DNA of 9,616 nucleotides from Paraspadella gotoi (GCA_051294375.1 CM119270.1:14485297-14494912), one strand, 5' to 3'; shown: positions 1-8,548, counted from the first letter of the stretch. Numbers and translations are program-made. Notes: a model not told the origin generated them from the sequence alone.

Positions 1-269
1 AAAAAAAAAAAAAGAGTAGTCAAAAACTTTAAACAATTTACTAAAAAAGTTTATTCACAAAAATGCTAGTTCCCCCCGTGGCTCCCAATTTTGTTTAATC
101 TCTCACTCCTACAGTTATACCCATCCCGTCCCAAACTGTTTCGCAGTCGCCCTTCGAAATAAAGCGGCCCAGAATTCATTGTTCTCCCGGCCGCTTCTCT
201 GGTGTCATAAACCAAAGCTTTTATATTATATCGACGTCCGAGACCGGCAGTTGTAACGGACGCTATCAG

Positions 270-308
270 TCTCTCTCTTCTTCTCTCTCCATGTCTTCTC
301 TCTTCTCT

Positions 309-350
<42 letters not shown>

Positions 351-387
351 ATCCTCCTCTTCTACTCGTATCTCTCTCTTCTCTCAC
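270..387. repeat. Imperfect (CT)n microsatellite
   Basis: Near-continuous CT dinucleotides (core about 301-350) with scattered 1-2 nt interruptions. Confidence 0.95.
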
Positions 388-500
388 TTTCATAAAAAAA
401 CATCGTCCCTCTCTCGCTGCTGCCCATGTCGTATAAAATCCATTTTGGGAAAAAGTGGCGGTTTTTCGCAACAAACGATTATTGTCCCGACGTCAAGTCA

Positions 501-513
501 TCTCTCCTTCTTT

Positions 514-545
<32 letters not shown>

Positions 546-577
546 TCTCTCTTCTCTCTCTCTCTCTCTCTCTCTCT
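501..577. repeat. Imperfect (CT)n microsatellite
   Basis: tctctccttc...tctctct run; source of the SLSL stretch in ORF 455..844. Confidence 0.95.
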
Positions 578-1002
578 GATTGCAGGCGTCTAATTTTCAG
601 GTCTTTTCTGCCCTTGGCGCCTGCTCGAATGTCGATGGGCCGAGCAAGAAACGGAGACAATAACCCTATTACTGAATTCTACTTTCATACGGAATACGTA
701 TCGCTTGCCCGGATGTTATGTGGTCGTGGCAACGTTCTTCTCTTTTTGAGTCAATTTTCGGACGTCGCATTAGAGTTAGGGTGGAGACTGAGAGAGAGAA
801 GCAAGAAAAAGAAAGTTGAAAAAAGAATCAGGATTTTTAGGTGAAAATAAAAAAATGCCACTCGGGACGAGCGGCTACTTGCCACTACAGGCGCATATTT
901 CAAAAATAGCCTCTCTAATTTAAAAAAATGAGGCAACGGGAACCTACATCCTAATAACTTTGACGGCCAAAGTCCGCCAAGACCCATCTCGTCTACAACG
1001 GC

Positions 1003-1170
1003 GACGATAACGATAACGATGACAACGACGATGAAAACGACGACAACGATGACAACGACGATGAAAACGACGACAACGATGACAACGACGATGAAAACGA
1101 CGACAACGATGACAACGATGATGAAAACGACGACAACGACGATGAAAACGACGACAACGATGACAACGAC
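1003..1170. repeat. 30-bp minisatellite built from GAC/AAC/GAT/GAA triplets (unit GACAACGACGATGAAAACGACGACAACGAT)
   Basis: Perfect units at 1021-1050, 1051-1080, 1081-1110 and 1132-1161, a 21-nt truncated variant at 1111-1131, a 9-nt partial at 1162-1170, and a GACGATAACGATAACGAT lead-in. Confidence 0.95.
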
Positions 1171-1209
1171 AATTCGTCGTGCCTCATCTCGCTTTTTTAA
1201 GGGGCTTGA

Positions 1210-1343
1210 AACGACGACGACAGTGATGACAACGAAAAAGGAGGATGACGATTATGATGACAACTAAATTATCGCGAAGACAAAAGCGACAACGACAACG
1301 TTGTCCATAGCCAAGACGTAGAGAAAATGACAACAACAACAAC
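1210..1343. repeat. Degenerate GAC/GAT/AAC trinucleotide simple sequence continuing the minisatellite
   Basis: aacgacgacgacagtgatgacaac, gatgacgattatgatgacaac, gcgacaacgacaacg, gacaacaacaacaac. Confidence 0.7.
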
Positions 1344-1599
1344 GGCCTAGAATGACGACGCGTCCTTAACCGACTGGGCGGGAACCCCACTTTCGCGAAA
1401 CTTCTTCCCCCCCCCCCGCCCTGATATGACCCCCCAAGTCTACTCTTCTTACCCCCTCAAAACCTCCCACCCTCGGCGCAACGTCCCCCCAGGGCGAGCC
1501 CCTTCCGCATCTCCTTTTTTCCGCCCGGAGAGGCCTTAGAGCGACGCTCTACACACTGTAACGCCAAATAAAACATTTTAGGCATTCTTAAGGGGAGTG

Positions 1600-2004
1600 T
1601 AGGAGAGAGAGAGAAGAGAGAGACGAGAGACAGATCAGAGAGATGATGCGAGGCGGAGGAAGGAGAGAGAGAGAGAGAGGGAGAAGAGGAGACGAGAGAG
1701 ATGCAGAGAGAGAAAGCTCGTCAAGGTTTTTTTCCGACGTCGGCCTCTCCAAGGTCCGAGCCGTCGTCGTCTGCGTTTGAAACTCCGTTTCGGACAACCA
1801 GTTCAACTATTGCCCTCTCCTCTCTCTCCTCCTCTCTCTTCCTCTCTCTCTCTCCTCTCTCTTCCTCTCTTCTTCACTTCTCTCTTTTTTCAGCCCTTCG
1901 TTTGGGATCCAATATGGCCGCGCTCCGGGCAAATGGACGCACAGTTATGAGGTGGGCACCAACATTTCCATTCGCGGCTTAGCGTTCTTCTCATCTCTTC
2001 TCTT
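1600..2004 (+). repeat. Tandem duplication copy 1: (AG)n - ~100 bp unique - (CT)n - ~95 bp unique - CT start
   Basis: 1713-1744 is identical to 2094-2125 (32 bp) and 1924-1975 is identical to 2329-2380 (52 bp); the rest aligns with small indels. Confidence 0.92.
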
Positions 2005-2029
2005 NNNNNNNNNNNNNNNNNNNNNNNNN
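2005..2029. other. Assembly gap, 25 N
   Basis: Counted N run. Confidence 0.99.
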
Positions 2030-2188
2030 GGAGAAGAGGAAGAGGAGAAGAGAGAGATCGAGAGAGAGAGAAGAGAGAGAGAGAGAGAAGAGAAAAGCTC
2101 GTCAAGGTTTTTTTCCGACGTCGGCTCTCCAAGGTCCGAGCCGTTCGTCGTCTGTCGTTGGCAAACTCGCGGACACAGTTCAACTTTG

Positions 2189-2271
<83 letters not shown>

Positions 2272-2427
2272 TCTCTTCACTTTTCTCTCTCATTTTTTCA
2301 GCCTCGTTTGGGATCCAATATGGCCGCTTCCGGGCAAATGGACGCACAGTTATGAGGTGGGCACCAACATTTCCATTCGCCGCTTAGGACTCTCTCTCTC
2401 TCTCTCTCTCTCCTGTCTCTCTCTCTC
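2030..2427 (+). repeat. Tandem duplication copy 2, including (AG)n 2030-2093, (CT)n 2189-2291 and (CT)n 2390-2427
   Basis: Same order of blocks as 1600-2004; offsets of 381 and 405 bp for the two unique blocks. Confidence 0.92.
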
Positions 2428-2900
2428 AACTCTTACACTTTACTCTCTCTTCCCTCCCGGGAGAACATTATGACGACAAAAAACGAATTAATTAAATGAG
2501 GAGGAAATTAATTAATTTTTTATGAAAAATCAAGGAATTAAAGCTTCTGTGAAAAATACTTAATATTTCTTTTTAATTTTGTTAATAGAAACAAGTGGTT
2601 AAAAAATACAGTTGAAAAAAAATACATTCTAATACTAAGTAGCGATTTTTAGAGGCAGCGTCTGACTGCGGCCGCCGTCGTTCTCCATCACTTCGATCTT
2701 AAGTATCGCCACTTCTAACGTAGAAGTCACGTGACTGAGTGGAGCCTGTTGAACCTCACCCGAATCACCCCGTGTCCTTACCCTCATTTTTTCTCCCCTC
2801 TCTCAGACTTCATCTTATTTTCGGGTTGTTGCCAACTTTTTTTTTGATGACTTGCAGTTTTTCCCTGTTGCATATCTCTCCCTTTCTCTTCTATTTCTCT

Positions 2901-2926
2901 CACCAACATTTCCATTCGCGCTTCAG

Positions 2927-2964
<38 letters not shown>

Positions 2965-2965
2965 C
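2901..2965 (+). repeat. Third partial copy of the duplication 3' motif (CACCAACATTTCCATTCGC) followed by (CT)n
   Basis: 19-mer identical at 1957-1975, 2362-2380 and 2901-2919, each followed by (c/g)GCTT-like sequence and a CT-rich run. Confidence 0.85.
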
Positions 2966-3167
2966 TAATTTTTTTAGTATATAAAGTTGTTTATACTTGT
3001 GAGTAACATCAATACGTTTGAGGACGGCAGCTCCATCTCCCGATCCATCAACACCAACGACAATTGCATGAATCAAGACAAATAAGAGTTGAAGCCGAGA
3101 TTTAAGAAATTCGGTTGGTGGGGATTTAGCGGATTGGAAAAGTGGTGGGTGGGGATAAAGGGGAGAA

Positions 3168-3334
3168 NNNNNNNNNNNNNNNNNNNNNNNNNNNNNNNNN
3201 NNNNNNNNNNNNNNNNNNNNNNNNNNNNNNNNNNNNNNNNNNNNNNNNNNNNNNNNNNNNNNNNNNNNNNNNNNNNNNNNNNNNNNNNNNNNNNNNNNNN
3301 NNNNNNNNNNNNNNNNNNNNNNNNNNNNNNNNNN
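3168..3334. other. Assembly gap, 167 N
   Basis: N run. Confidence 0.99.
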
Positions 3335-3361
3335 TCTCTCTCTCTCTCTCTCTCTCTCTCT
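3335..3361. repeat. Perfect (TC)13 microsatellite abutting the gap
   Basis: Uninterrupted TC run truncated by N. Confidence 0.95.
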
Positions 3362-3642
3362 AAGGGATTTTAGTTCGGCTCCACTCCAGGAGCTAAAAAA
3401 TCTCCTTCACGCAAAAATAGAAAATAATTTCAAATTTGAGGGATAAACTTATGTCAGAAAAAAAGTTACTAAGTGCTTTTTCAATGGTTTAAATTCATGG
3501 TGTCTGCCGCGGCGTCGCAGCGGATACGGAATCTTAAGCTTGAAGCTGCGTCAGGAACAAATGCAATTTTACTGTGAGAACCAAGTTATCGCGTCGCATA
3601 CAGGCAGAAGAGAGAAACAATTGCGTGCTTTGTTTTACAATA

Positions 3643-3667
3643 NNNNNNNNNNNNNNNNNNNNNNNNN
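3643..3667. other. Assembly gap, 25 N
   Basis: Counted N run. Confidence 0.99.
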
Positions 3668-4196
3668 CTCAAATTTTAACCGTATCGCTTGTTGTCTTGA
3701 GCCATAAAAAAAAAGAAATATTTCTTCCCAATCTCACTCACCATGACGAACCTTAATAGCCGAGCGGCCTAAATTAATAAGGGAGAAATAATGAGAGACC
3801 GTTAATCAGGAACGCGCCACTTTAATCTTTCGCCCGCTGCGCCATTCTGCCAAAGACCCCGCGCGCATCCGCCCGGCGAAAACGCATTTGCTGCTTCAAC
3901 TCATTTTCTCGAAATCCGTTTCTGCGAAAATTTTTTTCTTCCACTGCAAGCAACTTGATAGTTTGAAATAATCTCCGTGTAACCCCTCCATTGCAACGCA
4001 GAGGGGCCCAAAGGGGATAAACAATTAAAAAAAAAAACCCAGTTTGAATCCGCTACGCGTATCCTTCCATCCACCGGGATTCTTTACGACTTTTCTTCGC
4101 TCAAACTCCTCTCCAGTATGAGTGGAAGAGCAAGTGGCTCCCGCTTTTAGTAGACACTCCAATAAAAGGACGCCGGGATTGGGAAATATTCACCGA

Positions 4197-4250
4197 AAGA
4201 AAGAGAAGAGAGAGAGAAGACGATCGAGAGAGAGAGAGAGAGAGAGAGAG
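4197..4250. repeat. (AG)n microsatellite
   Basis: Imperfect start, pure AG at about 4226-4250. Confidence 0.92.
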
Positions 4251-4348
4251 ATTAGACTCTAAAAAGAATTAATAAAAAGGTTAAACATTAATATGAAATA
4301 CGTTACAATTAACAAAAAAAAAAACAACAAAAAAACGAACAATAAGCT

Positions 4349-4451
4349 AAGAGAAGAGAGAGAGAGAGAGAGAGACGAGAGGAGAGAGAGAGAGAAAGAA
4401 CCTGAGAAAGAGAGAGAGAAAATAAAAAAATAGGAAAAAAAATAAGGAAAA
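4349..4451. repeat. (AG)n microsatellite grading into an A-rich tract
   Basis: agagaagagagagag... followed by aaaataaaaaaataggaaaaaaaa. Confidence 0.9.
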
Positions 4452-4573
4452 ATGGCTATAAAACAATCCATATGGTTTTAAAAATCGCACCGAATTTAAA
4501 AAAAAAAATTTTAAGTCAAACTTAAAAAAAATTTTTTGAGATCGGCTTTGCTCTTTTCTCTACATACTCCAGT

Positions 4574-4575
<2 letters not shown>

Positions 4576-4607
<32 letters not shown>
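4576..4607. repeat. Poly(T)32 homopolymer (poly(A) on the minus strand)
   Basis: 32 consecutive T. Confidence 0.97.
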
Positions 4608-4610
<3 letters not shown>

Positions 4611-4749
4611 GGGAATGTCAAAAGAGCGTGCTCTCATTGTCTCAAGGTTGCGGGGATTCGAAGGAAAAATTTGAAAAAGATGGAATTTGGATTATTTGTC
4701 GTTAAGGTAGTTGGAGCAAGACAGTGAGGAATGACAGAAAAGTTGACAC

Positions 4750-4758
4750 AGAGAGAGC

Positions 4759-4791
<33 letters not shown>

Positions 4792-4836
4792 GAGAGAGAG
4801 CAGAGAGGAGAAGGATATAGAGAGAGAGAGAGAAGA
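4750..4836. repeat. Imperfect (AG)n microsatellite
   Basis: AG run giving the ERERER stretch in ORF 4724..4978. Confidence 0.93.
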
Positions 4837-5909
4837 AATGCAGGAGAGCTATCATTCTGCGCCGCCTTTCGACCTCATTTCCCATTTTCATAAAATTATT
4901 TCTATGGTTGTGATAGTAATCTTGGTTTCTTATCTTCTGACTATAGAACATCTGGATATTCTACTCATAGATTCATAAGGCTTTATTATCGAAATATTCT
5001 CTATTTATTTTCTTTCTTCGCTGTTATATTTTTTCTCATTTTTTTTTAACAAGTAAAACCAGAAACATAAAAATAACATTTAATCAACCCAAAATATAAA
5101 TGAATGAACAGAATAAAAAAAAAAAAACTCTTGCCTAAAAATTTAACGAGTCAAATCAGCTACTCTCTCAAGTTCACGACTCGAAAAAGTTCTGTTTTAT
5201 ACTTTGTTTTTTTTTGTTTTTGCTTTGTTTTTCTTTTGCTCCTCGCGGCCTCGTTTCCATTTCCCCCCTGGGCGTTCGGAAGGAAATAAACGTTTTCATT
5301 CGCTTTTAACGCCGGCAGGCTGCTGCGCCAGTTTTTTTTTTCCAAGAGGACGATGCCGAGATCAACAGATAAGGGATGCGGACGTTATATAAAGGGGGTT
5401 CAGATTTCCTCTAACGTCTATGAAAATTGTTAGAAAGAGGGAAAAAATTAAGTTTTTAAGTAATTCGAATAAGGGGCGACAAGGAATTAGTATAAAACTT
5501 TCATTTATTGCTGAACCTTTCAAAGAAATGACAAAAGAAAATCTTAAACGATGGGGCGAGCGACACCCGATTATTAGCCATGGCCTGTAATATATATCAA
5601 TATAACCAATTATCTATTTATTCGTTCATTCAATAAATGGCTGTCTTGCCCTAACTTTAGACAGGCTTTGGGTGAGGATAGACCTGCATCTCTCTGACAA
5701 AATATTAACATAGAAGCCCCCTTTATAAGCTATGGGAGTCGTTATTTTGTTTTTGGAGAAAAAAAACATCATTTGCTAAGTAAAAGGGAAAAATGTGGAC
5801 ACGAAACCCTGGTTTTGCGTGGAAGAATGAAGAGTAAACCGCCGCCGGCGACGAACCGTGGAAACTGACGACGAAATCCGGTTATGAATTAAGAAAAAGG
5901 GAAACGAAA

Positions 5910-6229
5910 NNNNNNNNNNNNNNNNNNNNNNNNNNNNNNNNNNNNNNNNNNNNNNNNNNNNNNNNNNNNNNNNNNNNNNNNNNNNNNNNNNNNNNNNNNN
6001 NNNNNNNNNNNNNNNNNNNNNNNNNNNNNNNNNNNNNNNNNNNNNNNNNNNNNNNNNNNNNNNNNNNNNNNNNNNNNNNNNNNNNNNNNNNNNNNNNNNN
6101 NNNNNNNNNNNNNNNNNNNNNNNNNNNNNNNNNNNNNNNNNNNNNNNNNNNNNNNNNNNNNNNNNNNNNNNNNNNNNNNNNNNNNNNNNNNNNNNNNNNN
6201 NNNNNNNNNNNNNNNNNNNNNNNNNNNNN
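5910..6229. other. Assembly gap, 320 N
   Basis: N run. Confidence 0.99.
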
Positions 6230-6402
6230 TTTTTTATTACAAGTTCAAGTGGATGTATTTTATTTAACCAGTTAATCATTTGACTTTTACTTGGTGTTAA
6301 ATTTTGAATTTCCACATTATGACATTGTAATTTGTAGTGGGCCTTGTTCTTAAACTTCCCTTCCTTTCAAAACTCGATCCTAACTGATGACAAAATTCTT
6401 CA

Positions 6403-6446
6403 ATCGTCGTCGTTATTCTTCTTTATCGTCGTCATCGTTCTCGTTA
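6403..6446 (-). repeat. Short degenerate GAC/GAT/AAC triplet tract on the minus strand
   Basis: atcgtcgtcgttattcttctttatcgtcgtcatcgttctcgtta, whose reverse complement has the same triplet vocabulary as 1003-1170. Confidence 0.6.
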
Positions 6447-7133
6447 TATATTTCCTGTTTGGATCGCGGCGAACTTCACCGTCAATGACTCGTGATAAAT
6501 GAGGTTGAAAGTGATAACCGCGCAAAACTGTCACCGTCTCACGTCAGCGTCTCACCGGCCACGTAGATGACGACGACAGCGACGATGGCGACGTGCTCTC
6601 ACGCTTTTCGAAGCTCTTCGCCGCCTCCGCAGCTTAGTCGGCTTGGGTGCAGGCTTTCGGTAGAGATGTTTCGAGTTCTATTCTCTCAGGGGCCTTGTTT
6701 ACACGAGGCTCAGTTAACTGAATTCAATTCTTTCGGGTGACAAAAACTGTGCGAAGTTATGGCACGAGTACCTAATGGTAAAATTTATATTTTTCAAATT
6801 ATGAAGGAAATACTTTTTGTTGATAGATTATCAACAATTAACATTTTCTTCTAACGAGATGCAGTTAAGTTGAGATATTACTGTTTTTCTTCGACGACAA
6901 CGACCACGTTGGCAATGAGTCATGACTGATTGCTAATGTTATTCTAATTGAAATTTTTATTACCAAAAGGATGGTTGTTTTTGCTTAATTTGTTCATTCA
7001 TCAAGCAAGATGTAGATACACAATGCACTTTATTTCTTAAAGATAAATAATTTTGCTTAAAATAATACCATCATGCTTTTGCCGTCCGTTTAATTCTTAA
7101 AAACCCTCTGAATCAACACGCGCCATGTTTTTT

Positions 7134-7185
7134 TGTGTGTGTGTTTGCGTGCGTCTGCGTGTGTCTGCGTGTGCTCGTTTGTGTC
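7134..7185. repeat. Degenerate (GT)n with ~10-bp periodicity (GTGTCTGCGT-like)
   Basis: gtgtttgcgt gcgtctgcgt gtgtctgcgt gtgctcgttt. Confidence 0.8.
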
Positions 7186-7257
7186 TCACTTTCCCTCGAG
7201 TCTGCCCATCGCAATGGTCAAAACGAAATGGGGTGAATTGTGTTGATCCTAAGCATC

Positions 7258-7680
7258 GGGAGGAGGAGGAGGAGGAGGAGGAGAAAAAAAAGAAAAAAAA
7301 ATAAGAAAAAAAAGAGAAAGAAATATGAAGAAGAAGAAATGGGTGGAAGTCTATTTAGGGCAAAGTTTTGATGATTGGGTGAAAGATGAGTATGAAATGG
7401 AGGAATGGGTGAGTATGGAGGAGGAAGAGGAGGTGAAGTTGGAGAAGGAGGTGGAGGAGGAAGAGGAGGCGGAGGGGTAAGTTGGAAGATAAGGTAGTGT
7501 GGGAAATAGAGGGGGAGTGGGAAGTGGAGAAGGAGTGGGAAGTGAGAAGAGGAGGTGGAATGACGAGAGACTATAGAGTGGGAAGTAGATGGGGAGTTGG
7601 GAGAGGAGGTAAATTGGAAACACAGAGTGACAAGAGGTAGAGTGGGTAGAGGAGCTAGAGAGGAAAAGGTAGTAGGAGAC
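7258..7680. repeat. Purine-rich, C-poor low-complexity tract with (AGG)7 at 7261-7281 and GAGTGGGAAGT x3
   Basis: Almost no C on the + strand; 11-mer at 7515-7525, 7533-7543 and 7576-7586. Confidence 0.9.
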
Positions 7681-7877
7681 ATTGTCTCTTCTACCACCTC
7701 TTTTATAACCCACTATTTCACATATTATGTCAAATAGTCCATTCTCATGACACTATCATCTACAATCTCTATTTTTTTTGGCTTGTTTCTTCGCTCGCAC
7801 AAATGTACATTGTTCTGTTATCTTGCTTGTCATTTTTCACTAGAAAAAAACTACGCCAACGTCAATGGTTTATTTGA

Positions 7878-7917
7878 AGAGATAGAAACAGAGAGAGGGA
7901 GAGAGAGAGAGAGAGAG
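7878..7917. repeat. (AG)n microsatellite
   Basis: agagatagaaacagagagagggagagagagagagagagag. Confidence 0.9.
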
Positions 7918-7999
7918 TGAGTGTCCACCACGCCCTAAGAATCTGGACCAATGGGAGTCAAAATGGTCGGTTTCATTTGCGAAAAGCGACTGTTTCAAG

Positions 8000-8371
8000 N
8001 NNNNNNNNNNNNNNNNNNNNNNNNNNNNNNNNNNNNNNNNNNNNNNNNNNNNNNNNNNNNNNNNNNNNNNNNNNNNNNNNNNNNNNNNNNNNNNNNNNNN
8101 NNNNNNNNNNNNNNNNNNNNNNNNNNNNNNNNNNNNNNNNNNNNNNNNNNNNNNNNNNNNNNNNNNNNNNNNNNNNNNNNNNNNNNNNNNNNNNNNNNNN
8201 NNNNNNNNNNNNNNNNNNNNNNNNNNNNNNNNNNNNNNNNNNNNNNNNNNNNNNNNNNNNNNNNNNNNNNNNNNNNNNNNNNNNNNNNNNNNNNNNNNNN
8301 NNNNNNNNNNNNNNNNNNNNNNNNNNNNNNNNNNNNNNNNNNNNNNNNNNNNNNNNNNNNNNNNNNNNNNN
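8000..8371. other. Assembly gap, 372 N
   Basis: N run. Confidence 0.99.
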
Positions 8372-8431
8372 AAGCCAAGAGTTTTGTTTGTAGTAGCGGA
8401 AGCGATTCACTGTTATAGGACATTGTTCACG

Positions 8432-8548
8432 ATTATATATCTTTAAATTAATATATTAGATATTCTATAGAATAATATATATTTTATTTATTAATATATA
8501 TTTTTTAATTTGAATTTTTTATAAAGTAAAAAAAAAAACAAAAGAAAA
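8432..8548. repeat. AT-rich low-complexity tract with degenerate (AT)n and an A-run
   Basis: Nearly all A/T over about 115 bp. Confidence 0.75.

Noticed and set aside
455-844. 129-aa ORF
   Set aside because: GTG start, runs through a CT microsatellite (SLSL), and has no recognisable domain.
1021-1170. CRISPR-like 30-bp repeats
   Set aside because: Repeats are head-to-tail with no unique spacers, there are no cas genes, and the context is eukaryotic.
993-1267. ORFs 1019..1267 (poly-Thr, mucin-like) and 993..1187 (Ser/Leu)
   Set aside because: Alternative frames of a stop-free triplet minisatellite; openness is expected from composition.
2315-2323. CArG box-like CCAATATGG
   Set aside because: Only five A/T between CC and GG; the consensus needs six.
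1588-2473. Several overlapping ORFs of 65-173 aa
   Set aside because: Dominated by ER/SL microsatellite translations, several cross an N gap, and the frame differs between the duplicated copies.
2486-2515. AATTAATTAA twice at 20-bp spacing around GAGGAGG (homeodomain- or Shine-Dalgarno-like)
   Set aside because: Low-complexity AT words in AT-rich DNA; no downstream ORF and no prokaryotic context.
3757-3772. TAGCCGAGCGGCCTAA resembling a tRNA-Leu/Ser D-arm or Pol III A-box
   Set aside because: No B-box at a suitable distance and no acceptor or anticodon stems; the same applies to TAGCTCAG at 9426-9433.
6518-6637. Short open frame ...GHVDDDDSDDGDVLSRFSKLFAASAA*
   Set aside because: About 39 codons between stops, no ATG, weak splice signals, and the acidic part is again the GAC/GAT triplet repeat.
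7668-7704. Rho-independent terminator (hairpin plus T run)
   Set aside because: Eukaryotic context and no upstream gene; kept only as a structural observation.
7218-7713. Pro/Ser-rich minus-strand ORFs (159 and 120 aa), extensin-like
   Set aside because: Complement of the purine-rich low-complexity tract, which lacks stops by composition; non-ATG starts and poly-Phe/Leu from A-runs.
3089-8423. ORFs spanning N gaps (3089..3373, 3142..3363, 3574..3756, 5776..6315, 7917..8423)
   Set aside because: Their length depends on N codons lacking stops.
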